Below, piece by piece: positions 38,160 through 49,977 of a stretch of DNA of 64,000 nt (position 1 is the first letter of the stretch; each line of letters starts with the position of its first letter). A program made the translations under genes and the position numbers. The DNA is from Octopus vulgaris (lineage: Eukaryota). The notes under the pieces were generated by a model, which saw only the letters and a list, made by a program, of their open reading frames with translations, was not told where the DNA came from and searched no databases. The stretch lies in NCBI GenBank assembly GCA_951406725.2, contig OX597817.1:82584001-82648000 (forward strand), read 5' to 3'.

Positions 38160-39680
38160 TCATCATCATCATCACTGTTTAATGTCCGCTTTCTATGCTG
38201 CCAAGGATTGGATGGTTTGACTGGAAATTGGTAAGCTGGGGAACTGCACTAGGTTCCAATCTGATTTGGTAAGGTTTCTACAGCTGGATGCTCTTCCTAA
38301 TGGCAACCACTCCAAGAGTGTAGTGGGTGCTTTTTACGTGCCACTGCCAAAGGTGTCATTGACCTGACACCGGCTTTGGCTATGACTATGATCCCACTTG
38401 CTTTGACAAGTCCACACAAGCATGCTATATAGTGAAAGGTCTCAGTCAACTGTCACTGCCTCAGTGAGGTCCATTGCTGAAATGGTGTGTTTTATGTGCC
38501 ACCAGCAAAAGTGCCAGTTTGATGGCACTGGCTATGGCCACAATTACAATTTCACTTAGCTTTACAAGGTTTCTCAGCACAGCATATAGGGTGCTTTTTA
38601 CGTGCCAGTTATGCGACACTGGCATTGGCCATTACTATGAACTCACTTGGCTTGATGTGTCTTCTCAAGCACAACATACCACCAAAAGTTTTGGTCACTT
38701 GTCATGGATCTTTACCTTTTGACCTACAGATTAAAAAAATAATTTTTTGTAACTAAACACTTTCAAACTTCGGACACTGGTAGAATGTGTCATATAAAAC
38801 ATCTTTTACTCTTAGCATTTTTGAGAAAAATTTACATTTATGAAGTAATTTCATGTCAAAGTTATCCTATTTCGGTAATTTCACCCAATCAAAGACGTGT
38901 ATTCAGCGGAATAAAATTACTGCCGTTGTTTGTTAATAACTATCGGCAGTGTATTTTTCATTTGTCACTGTTATTTATGACATCGTTCATGTGTTTGTAC
39001 TGGTTTTAGGGTTAGGGTTGTCATAAATAACAGTGACAAACAAAAAATACACCGCCGGAAGTTCTTGATGAGAAACAACGGCAGTAATTTTATTCAGCTG
39101 AATATACATCTTTGATTGGTTGAAATTACTGAAATTTGACGTGAAATTATTTCGTAAATATAAGTTTTTCTCAAAAATGCTAAGAGTAAAAGATGTTTTA
39201 TCTGACACATTCTACCAGCGTCTGAAGTTTGAAAGTGTTTAGTTAAAAAAAATTATTTTTTAAATCTGTAGGTCAAAAGGTAAAGATCCCTTGTCATTAC
39301 CTCTGTGAAGCCTAACATTCAAAGATCATGCTTCAATACCTCATCACATGTCTTCCTGGGTCTATCTCTTTGACAGATTCCCTCCAACTGTAGAGTGTGG
39401 AACATCTTCACACAGCTGTCCTTGATCAAAAGCATCACATAACCATACTAGCACAGTCGTCTCTCTTGCACAGCACAACTAATGCCTCTTATGCCAAACT
39501 TTTCTCTCAGGACACTTACACTCTGTCACAGTCCATGTTTCACTGCCATGTAGCATGGCTGTTCACACACAGGCATCATACAGTCTGCCTTTCACTCTGA
39601 GAGAGAGAGGTCCTTTGTTACCAGCAGAGGTAGGAGTTCTCTGAACTTTTCCCAGTCTATTCTTATTCTAGCATCCACCC
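38160..39680 (-). mobile_element. older RTE LINE 3' fragment interrupted by a MITE
   Basis: 39300-39680 matches 50630-51050 (CATGTAGCATGGCTGTTC, CAGTCTGCCTTT); 38160-38700 matches the RTE 3' UTR and tail. Confidence 0.7.
38706..39289. mobile_element. foldback MITE with about 265-bp TIRs and 8-bp TSD (Merlin-like)
   Basis: Ends GGATCTTTACCTTTTGACCTACAGATT and AATCTGTAGGTCAAAAGGTAAAGATCC; perfect TSD CTTGTCAT at 38698-38705 and 39290-39297. Confidence 0.85.
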
Positions 39681-39948
39681 CATAACATCGTTTGACAACC
39701 GATGTTGATGTGTTTACATCCCTGTAACTTAGCAGTTTGGCAAAAGAGACCGATAGAATAAGTACTAGGCTTACAAAGTATAAATCCTGGGGTCAACTTG
39801 CTTGACTAAAGGTGGTGCTCCAGCATCGCCACAGTCACATGACTGAAACAAGTAAAAGAGTAAAGAGTAAAGAGAGTATATACATTAAAGGAAGAGGAAA
39901 ACAAAACCAATGTAGCCTTATCAGATCATTAAAAATATTTTGATTAAT

Positions 39949-40265
39949 GTAAAGAGAAAGTAAAAGTAAATAACGCCATACAGCTGCTTCTGGGATATCC
40001 CAGATAATGGATCAATATGTCGATCAACATTTCTATATAGTGGGTATTCTGTCATCAGAGACAAGGTGTATATGCAGGAAACGTCTATACAGAAAATTTA
40101 ATATAGATAAAAATATTTTCCGTCTAGACGTTTCCTGCACATACACCTTGTCTCTGAAGACGGAATACCCAGTATATAGGAATGTGGATCAACACATTGA
40201 TCCATTACCCGGGATATCCCAGAAACAGCTGTAAGACACTATTATTTACTTTTGCTTTTCCTTAC
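39949..40265. ncRNA. foldback element with minimal hammerhead core (+ 40149-40238; decayed copy on -)
   Basis: TGTCT-CTGAAGA-CGGAATACCC...GGGATATCCCA-GAAAC-AGCT-GTA-AGACA gives a 5-bp stem I, palindromic ACAGCTGT and a GUA site. The left arm reads CTGATGA...GAAGC on the minus strand. Confidence 0.7.
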
Positions 40266-40510
40266 TTCGATTCACCTACTCTTTTACTTGTTTAAGTCAA
40301 TGTGACTGTGGTCATGCTGGAGCACTGCCTTTAGTCAAGCAAATCGACCCCTGGACTTATTCTTTGTAAGCCTAGTACTTATTCTATCGGTCTCTTTTGC
40401 CGAACCGCTAAGATACGGGGATGTAAATATACCAGCATTGGTTGTCAAGAGATGTTGGGCGGGGTCAAACACAGACACACAAACATATACACACACATAC
40501 ATACATACAT

Positions 40511-40553
<43 letters not shown>

Positions 40554-41066
40554 CGACGGGCTACTTTCCGTTTCTGTCTACCAAATCCACTCATAAGGCT
40601 TTGGTCGGCCTAAGGCTATAGTAGAAGAAACTTTCCCAAGGGGCCATGCAGTGGGACTGAACCCGGAACCATGTGGTTCATTAGCAAGCTATTTACCACA
40701 CAGCCACACCTACGCCTACATTAATTAAAATATTTTAAATGATCTATAAGCTTGTCCTACTTTGGGTTTGTTTTCCTCTTCCTTTAATTTATACCCACTG
40801 ACTTGGAAGTAAGCTACGGATCCCCAAGTCCAAATTTCATTGTGAATTTGGATCCTGAAGGATTATCAATTACAGCATTACGGAGCATACCTAGTGGTTT
40901 AAATCATCAGTGGCCTAAACCCGTCCTACTCTATATATAAATACATACATACATATATGGGTATGCCCTACCACTTGCCACCATCTCTCTTTGTCTTCTT
41001 TTACTCAACCATCTCTCTTGTATTCTGGTCCCCATCCCTTGTGAGTATTCCAGCATTTTGCAACCA

Positions 41067-41210
41067 TCTCTCTCCTACTCTCTTTTACACTCCTGTTGTC
41101 TCCCACCCTCTCTCTCTCCTACTCTCTCTTACACTCCTGTTGTCTCCCACCCTCTCTCTCTCTCCTACTCTCTCTTACACTCCTGTTGTCTCCCACCCTC
41201 TCTCTCTCTC
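41067..41210. repeat. about 45-bp pyrimidine-rich minisatellite, 3 units
   Basis: CTCTCTCCTACTCTC(T/C)TTACACTCCTGTTGTCTCCCACC repeated three times. Confidence 0.85.
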
Positions 41211-41924
41211 TGCTCCTGCTCTTCCCTCAGGTTGGGTAACCATGTATCCCCTCTACATCAGCACACTTGTTTCTGTCCTCATTTTCTCTCTCACTCTATC
41301 TGTCTCTTTCTCTCTCTCTGGCCAGGTAACCATTTACCTCCCCAACAAAAAGACACCTGTTTCTTATTTCTTCACTGCCCACAAGGGGCTACACACAGAG
41401 GGGACAAACAAGGACAGACAAACAGATTAAGTCGATTATTTTGACCCCAGTGTGTAACTGGTACTTATTTAATTGACCCCGAAAGGATGAAAGGCAAAGT
41501 CGACCTCAGCGAAATTTGAACTCAGAACGTAAAGACAGACGAAATACCAAGCATTTTGCCCAAAGTGCTCACGTTTCTGCCAGCTTACCACCTGTTTCTG
41601 TCATCTACTACCCGTTTCTGTCTATCTGTCTCACTATAACTTTTCACCATCTGATACAAGATCCCTTCCTCCAATGCCCCTCTTCTCTCAAAGGATCCTT
41701 ATCTTGCAGGTTACTAGGTGACCCTGCCACTATTGGTGCCACTTAAAATGCATCCAGTCCACACTGTAAAGTGGTTGGAATTTGGAAGGGCATCCAGCTG
41801 TAAAATCCATGCTAAAACAGACACAGAATTCTTGTGCAGGCTCCTGCCGGGACAGCTTCTGTCAAACCATCCAACCCATCAGGTTATGCCAGCATAGAAG
41901 AAGGATGTTAAACGATGATGATGA

Positions 41925-41959
<35 letters not shown>

Positions 41960-42226
41960 CATATATAGGGAGAGTTTACGAAAAAAACAAAAGAGAAAAC
42001 AGGTGATGTACAAACCAACAGATGTAATAGTATAATGCTCAGGAATAAAAGAAGTCTTTTACGTTTCGAGCTTACACTCTTCTACAGAAAGGGACACATA
42101 AAAAAAAAAGGAGAGAAACAAGGAGAGAAAAAATGTGTGTAGTGGCTAATAATCTAACATATATATATATTGATAGAAATGGTAAGACAATGAAAGAGAC
42201 CTCGATATTATGTAAATAGAGGAATT

Positions 42227-42490
42227 TATCAGTAAATGTAATATGTGACAATTATTCTGTAGCCATGATAAGACTCCAAGTTTTGGATGTCGGGGTGGAA
42301 ATCTATGCTGCCATCTCTTCAGTTATCCGGCCATCAGAAAAAATGCTATGAAAATGACCCTTTTTTGTGTTTTTTTCCCAATAGCCGGATAACTGAAGAG
42401 ATGGCGGTGTGGATATTTCCACCCCGATATCCAAAACTCAGAGTTTTATCATGGCTACCAAATAATTGTCACATATTACATTTACAGATA
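42227..42490. ncRNA. foldback element with decayed hammerhead cores (+ 42388-42450)
   Basis: GATAA-CTGAAGA-GAT...ATCC-AAAAC-TCAGA-GTT-TTATC; the other arm has GTC at the cleavage triplet; GAAAC is AAAAC in both arms. Confidence 0.55.
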
Positions 42491-44779
42491 TATATATATA
42501 TATATATTTACATGGGTAACTGAAGGAGCACATCAACTACCTGAGTTATTAGGGTGAGGTACTACTTTAATACTTATTGAAGACAGACTGCTGTAAGACA
42601 CTAAAGAATCATAGAATCACTTTTCATTGTCAGGAATTTGTCTGTCTGCTGTAAGTTTTGTGTCAGAAATGACATTTTCAAAGAATTTATCCATGCAAAA
42701 TTCCTCTGAAGAAACATAGTTTTGGCAATATATTTTGTCACTGACATATTAAGTGTGAAAAGATGTTTAGACACAATGCCATAGCCATCTGGAGGGTGGT
42801 GAGAGTCGATTATATTGACACCTAGTGCTTGATTACAATCTTATTTCATTTCTCCCTTGGAAGGATAAAAGACAAAAATCGACTTTTGACCAGATTTGAA
42901 TTTGTAATCTAAAGAGCCATGACAAAATACTGCTTATTATTTCACACAACATTCTAAGGATTTTGCCTATATTCTGTATTAAATGGTATAGATTGCTAAG
43001 CAATAAAACTGAAAGCAGATATGTGACATATTCATCAATAAGAATTCATATCACAAGCTTCCTGCAGATTAGGCACTTAATGGATATGCCACTAAATTCT
43101 TAAAACACACACACACACATATATCTATACACACACACATAAACAAACATACATAGATATGTACATACATACATATAAATAAGATGTCTTGCCAATGCAG
43201 ACTAGCATTAGCTACTTTGGAATTGGCTTGATCATATGTCTGTAAATCTGTGCGTGTGTGTATGTCTATGCATTTCCCTCTATTTACCAAAATAGATAAT
43301 ACGTGTGTGTGTGTGTGTGTAAATGTATATAGATACATACACACACATACATACCAAAGATTAAATCTTAGTAGATTTACCACTTATCTCCTGCTGTCAC
43401 GGAGACACTTTTCTGCTTGTGAAACATTTTCCGTTCCATGCCATATAAATTTATTGAAATGGATTTGGCTACACAGAGGAAATCGTTAATGAGGATCTAT
43501 TCTCAAGAACAGAAATTGTAATCTGTTCATAATATATTGCAGATTTGAAAGAACATATTTGTATATGAAGGTGTGCATATGTGTGTGAGAGTGGCTGTGG
43601 AATATAGTTGGATACCTGATCTGCAATCCTGTATTGAAACATCATGGAAAAGTCAGATCAACCATTTAAAACATTTATGTACACATACACACACACACTC
43701 ACAAGCGTGTACACTATTTCATTGTAATTGCAATAGTATTACACACAGTATAGCATCAAAACATTTTGATATATAACAAAGATCTAATTACTGAGACAGC
43801 TGTGTGGTTAAGAAACTTGTTTTCCAAACAGGTGGATTAGGGTTTGGTCCCACTATGCTGCAACTTAGACGATGTCTTCTACTATGGGCTCAGGCTGATC
43901 AATGACATGTGACTGAATTTGGTGAACAGACACTGTATGGAAGCCTGCTCTGTGTGCATGTGTGTGTATACATTTATAATATAATGGAGGAAGCTGTTTA
44001 TTAATTAGGTATGTAACAATTACTAAAAGTACTAAAAGAAAGCAATATTAAAAGTTTCACCATCTGGAAATATTTTTATAAATTCATGTTCTAAGAAATT
44101 TCCTATAATTTTGATTTCTGAAGTTTATTGAAGTTTTTAAACTCCAAATGCTAGCAAATTTAAATATTGATTTCATTCATTGCGTCCAATTCTTCATAAA
44201 TTTAAATATTCATTGCATTCACGGCAGAGTAGATTTTAATGTTTAATAATAAACAATATTAATTTGTTGCAGGCGACATTTTACATTTTTATTTCCAACA
44301 GTCTCTTATTCTCGCTCACCTCTATTTTCATTAATGATAATTTAATAATAGCTATATAACTTTGATACAAGGCATAATTTCAAGAATATTCCCAGTTTCC
44401 TGATTTTGTTAAATGAATATTTTTGATAAAATGAAAATTCTTTTATATACCGGTATAATTTTTTTATTTTAATAAAGAAGTGATTTTGTTGGTATGGCTG
44501 CTTAGAATGCTATACGCCTTACAAAAATAACTATGTGATCACTGCTATTTCTAGCACGCTAAATAAGATAGTTTTTAAAGAACTTTCACATATAATATGC
44601 AGCTGAAAAAGAAAATTTAACAGCAAAGGCTCAACAGCTGAGAGAAGGATGGGCAACTGAATCAGATGAAACCAGGGCAGAATAACTGAAGCAGATGTCT
44701 GAATATGCACGGAGACGTAGACGTGATTCTGTTTCCGCTATACATGACCGACTGGTTAGGGTACTCTAGAGGAGAATAT

Positions 44780-45593
44780 TCTACTTCAAAGTAATGGTGA
44801 AAGAGAGTTTGCTAATTACCTTCTTTATGTAGGAAAAGGTAACACTTCTGTTGAACAAAACCTAGGTGGATTCAAAATCAAACTACCCAATGATCTTTGC
44901 CTTGAAAGTGGTACTCTTTCAGATCTATGTGATTTTGTGTATGCTGACCTCAAAAATAACTTCATAAACCCTGTGTGGCTTGCAAAAAGAACCACTGTTA
45001 CTCCAACTGAAGCAGCACAATCTGTGAATGATTATCCGTTGACCAGGTTCCCTGGTGAGCTAAATATATACAGAAGCTCAGATACAGTTGATAATGAAAC
45101 TTCATACCCAATCGAGTTCATCAACAAACTTATACTATGAGGGTTTCCACCACACATTCTCAAACTGAAGAAAAAATGCTGCATAATGCTTCTGAGAAAT
45201 TTAGATACTACTAATGGACATTGCAATGGCACACACTACATCATTGTCACTTCACATGACTGTGTTATTGAAGCTGAGGTTGTTTCTGGTCCTTATGTTG
45301 ATCAACTCTGCTAATCCCAAGAATACCACATGTACCTTAAAAATGGAAATTCCATTCACATTTACATGCAAACGATCTCCTGTCAAGCTAGCTTTTGCCT
45401 CAACATGCAACAAGGCACAGGAACAGACTTTTGAACAAATTGGAATATATCTTCTGACACAGTACTTTGCACAAGGTCACCTGTATTTTGCATTATCTAG
45501 AGTTTGAAAGAAGGCTAATGTAAAAATATTAGCTGAGAGAAATGGAAACAGTATGATTACTGACAATTGTGTCTAAAAGGAGATACTGCTTTA
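44780..45593 (+). mobile_element. Helitron Rep/PIF1 helicase C-terminal relic
   Basis: YPIEFINKL, GFPPHILKLK, IMLLRNLD, GHCNGT, PVKLAFASTCNKAQEQT, FAQGHLYFALSRV, KEIL; contains stops and frameshifts. Confidence 0.9.
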
Positions 45594-46417
45594 AAGCAAA
45601 ATATGCTTTTTAGCAAGTTTCGGTAAATAGAATTAACGCATAAATTATATGTAAAGTAACATACATTTGTGTGGAAATAAATTGTTTTGGCATATTTCAA
45701 CACATGCCGAATGAATGATATTGTTATATTAGATCATTTTAAATTTGGGTATATTTGGAAAAGTAAGGAAATGCCATTCCCATGTGTTCTCACAGCACCA
45801 GACATTTGTGTGTGTGTGTGTGTGTGTGCATATGTGTCCGCCCCTCCATCCATCTATCTAACTATCTATACACACATATGCAAGTTCTACAAATTATTAA
45901 TGATAAATATATCAAACAGATTGACTCAGCTATATATCTACATATAAATTTCTATGATGTCCATTAGTTACTCACACCCTCCATAACAGCCAGATTATAA
46001 ACTTGACTCTCTGGAAAATTTTAATAAATACCTCTGTTAATATATAAAAGTCATTTCGAAGCATCTGTTATTATTTAGTATCACAAATTTAAACATTTGT
46101 TGCCAAACTTTACATTCACTGCAGAGGAGGTTTTAACACTTGATAAACAATATTAATAGGTTCTGGCAAAATTTTACGGTCTCATTTGTAAACACAGTCT
46201 CTCACCTTTTCTCTCTCTCCTGTCTCTAATTGTTTTCATTAATAATAATCTACTTAATACATATTCATTGCAATTTTTTTCACTTCAAGTCTTATTTTGT
46301 TATTTCAGTTGAGGAAATCAGGTATTTTGTTGACTTACATTCACTGTGCAAATGCCCTCAGTTTATTGTTTATACATACTGAAAATAAATTATATTGGAC
46401 AACTTATTAAAACTTAC

Positions 46418-46460
46418 TGATGCTTTGAACTCATGTGATTTATTTCCTTTCCATCGTTAT
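46418..46460 (-). CDS. candidate upstream exon of the same gene, 43 nt (NDGKEINHMSSKH)
   Basis: TTCTTAG acceptor and strong GTAAGT donor; phase 1/2 fits the 37461 exon; no recognisable homology. Confidence 0.35.
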
Positions 46461-46903
46461 CTAAGAATTAGCAAATGAATTTGTTTCTAAGGATATTTGA
46501 TAGGCTATAGGTATTAAAATATCCATATGTGATCGCTGCTATTTTTTCACACATTAAATGAAGTTGGACTACCTTGATGTTTGTTTTAAAAACAGAGATT
46601 ATGACAGTAATAAAATAATGAAAGCAATACTTACTAAGCAAGTGAGCACTATAATACAAGAAAATAATTAGACTTAAAATATAAAAATTATTAGAAATAG
46701 GAATCAAATGGGGAAATATTATCAAGTGCCTAGCAGAAAACTGCCTGGAGGGCAGTCTTTCTGCTAGTATATATATAGTATTTGTATAAAGCTTTCTTCC
46801 TCACCACATAATTCTAGGTTCAGTCCCACTGCATGATAACTTAAGTAAGTATCTTCTTCTATAGCCTTGGATTTTGTAGACAAAAACTGAAAGAAGCCTG
46901 TCG

Positions 46904-46959
<56 letters not shown>

Positions 46960-47236
46960 TGTGTGTGTGTGTGCATTCACACGTGTGTGTTTCTGTGTCA
47001 GTGTTTGTCCCCCACCACTGCTTAACAACTGGTTTTGGTTGTGTTTACATCCCCATAACTTAGTGGTGGTCGGCAAAAGAGAATAAATACTAGGTTTACA
47101 ATAAATACAAGGCTTTACAAAAAAAAGTACAGGGGTTGATAAGTTTGACTAAAATTCTTCCAGGCAATGCCCTAGCCTGGCCACAATCTAATGACTTAAA
47201 CAAGTAAAAGACTAAAGATAAGTTTTAATCATTCAA

Positions 47237-47287
<51 letters not shown>

Positions 47288-47288
47288 G

Positions 47289-47322
<34 letters not shown>

Positions 47323-47435
47323 TAATAATAATGATAATAATAATGATAATAATAATAATAATAATAATGATGATGATGATGATGATAAATAATAATAATA
47401 TTAATAATGATAATAATAATAATAATAATGAATAA

Positions 47436-47466
<31 letters not shown>

Positions 47467-47470
47467 AATA
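47237..47470. repeat. (AAT)n/(GAT)n microsatellite
   Basis: Directly visible. Confidence 0.95.
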
Positions 47471-47504
47471 TTGGTAACATTAAAAAAAGATACTTCTTAT
47501 TCAC

Positions 47505-47587
47505 CATTCATCTTTGGTGAATATAAATTTGACCAGGAAGAACTGGTGACATCAAATGTTATCCAACGATCATTAGGCATTTCAACT
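47505..47587 (-). CDS. candidate upstream exon, 83 nt (VEMPNDRWITFDVTSSSWSNLYSPKMN)
   Basis: CAG/GTGAAT ends; phase 2/1 fits the 46460 candidate; weak pyrimidine tract, no homology recognised. Confidence 0.2.
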
Positions 47588-48148
47588 CTGAATCATAACA
47601 CCCTTCCATTGGTGGATCAGTTGATGTGGCCAAATCACAACTCATCATATCTAACTGTCTTCCAGCTTAACTCTTCTCCTTTGCTCCATCACCAGTGAGA
47701 GAATTTTTTCTGCTGTCTCCCCCATCTAATGCACAGCTACTAAGCATTTTCTATCATTACAATTTCACCAGATTTGATCAATTATCATCAATTGTCTAAT
47801 ATGTGTACAAAGTACCAAATTAAATTTAAACTGTTAACTTATATGCATGTCTGAAAGAGCTACCAAAGTATGCTGATTCCACACCAAAATTACACAAGAG
47901 TAGCTTTTACAAAACAACTGTAATTATAACACCTCATGAATTCTTGGAAAGCCTTTTGTAAGACAAAATGGGGAAGAAGCTGAAGGTCAGAATAGATGAA
48001 TATTTGAAAGACTTTATGATGGAAATTAAGATAGGAATGGTTGCACATATATGATGTAAGAAAGGAAATTGTCTGGTACCATGAAAATGAAATTTCTGTA
48101 ATTGATGAAGGAACACTGGAAATTTAGAAAAAATAAGAAGCAATGTTT

Positions 48149-48151
<3 letters not shown>

Positions 48152-48206
<55 letters not shown>

Positions 48207-48432
48207 GCATATACATATATATACATATATACATACATACATATATATATACATACATACACACACACACATATATACATATATATATACATATATATAT
48301 ACATATATACATACATCCATATATACATACATATATATACATATATATATATATATACACACACAGATATACATATATATACACACACACATATACATAC
48401 ACACACACATATATAAATACACACATATATAA

Positions 48433-48489
<57 letters not shown>

Positions 48490-48603
48490 CATATATATAA
48501 ATATATATATACATATATATATATATACATATATCTATACATGTATACATATGTGCATAAATATATATACACATATAATACATACATATATATACATGTA
48601 TAA

Positions 48604-48634
<31 letters not shown>

Positions 48635-48739
48635 TAATACACATATATAATACATACATATATATACATATATATGTATATATATATATATATATACATA
48701 TATAATACATACATATATATACATGCATATATGTACATA

Positions 48740-48777
<38 letters not shown>

Positions 48778-48920
48778 CATTATATATCTTTTTACACATA
48801 CATATGTATACTCATATACATAAATATATATACACAAGTAGTGGGTAAGGTTTATGTGTTTATATGAGTATATAATATATATATATATGTGTGTGTGTGT
48901 GTGTATGTGTGTGTGTGTGT
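48152..48920. repeat. (TA)n/(CA)n compound microsatellite
   Basis: Directly visible. Confidence 0.95.
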
Positions 48921-49485
48921 TTGAAGCTACCTACCTACCTGCCTGCCTGCCTGCCTACCTACTTAGACAGACAGACAGATAATACAAGCTACAGAAAACA
49001 AAATTGCAAATCTGACCATTACTGACATCAGCTCAATATGGCTGCCTTTTGCACAGAAAATAGATACAATAAGCTAAAATTTTAACATTAACTGTACATG
49101 CACCAGTGGCTTAATAATTAAAGATGAACTTAATGGGCCGCAAAATTACAATCTTATTAAGAACTCATCTCAGACATTTAGACATTTCATCTAATACCAT
49201 TATGAATGACCATTGCTTTTGTATATTTTTGCTTTTTTTTTTCTGTTATTCTGACCAATCACTGAAAATTTTTTCATACATGATTCTCAGAAATCAGTCA
49301 GGTCAATAGGTTACTTGCCCTAATGTAAAGTATTTGCAGTTTCAATGCAATAACATTACTTTGTCTTTAATCTATAGAAAATAGTTGTTACAATTAAAAT
49401 TTATAATTGGTTTTTAGCCTAAGATTGAAGAATGATGAATACATGTTTGATATTTGAAGCATAGTAAAATACATACAAAGCATAT

Positions 49486-49527
<42 letters not shown>

Positions 49528-49681
49528 GTGAGGGCGCATGGTAAGTTACTTATGAACCAGATGGTTCTGGGTTCAGTCCCACTGCGTGGCACCTTGGGCA
49601 AATGTCTTCTACTATAGCCTCGGGCTGACCAAAGCCTTGTGAGTGGATTTGGTAGATGGAAACTGAAAGAAGCTTGTTGTA

Positions 49682-49762
<81 letters not shown>

Positions 49763-49977
49763 TTGTTTGTCTGTGTTTGTCCCCCCGAACATCGTTTGAC
49801 AACTGATGCTGGTGTGTTTACATCCCCATAACCTAGTGGTTCGGCAAAAGCAACTGATAGAATAAGTACTAAGCTTACAAAGAATAAGTCCTGGGGTTGA
49901 TTTGCTCAACTAAAGGCGGTGGTCCAGCATGACCACAGTCAAATGACTGAAACAAGTAAAATAGTATATATATATAT

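Noticed and set aside
44780-45593. Host PIF1 helicase gene
   Set aside because: Intronless, with stops and frameshifts, and has Helitron-type motifs; a transposon relic.
46339-46378. Exon-like segment with good AG/GTAAGT ends
   Set aside because: Stop codons in all three minus-strand frames, and only 39 nt from the next candidate donor.
47934-48837. Long ORFs rich in Y/I/C/V/H/T (also at 4973-5438, 12507-13034, 61548-62182)
   Set aside because: Translations of (TA)n/(CA)n/(TG)n microsatellites.
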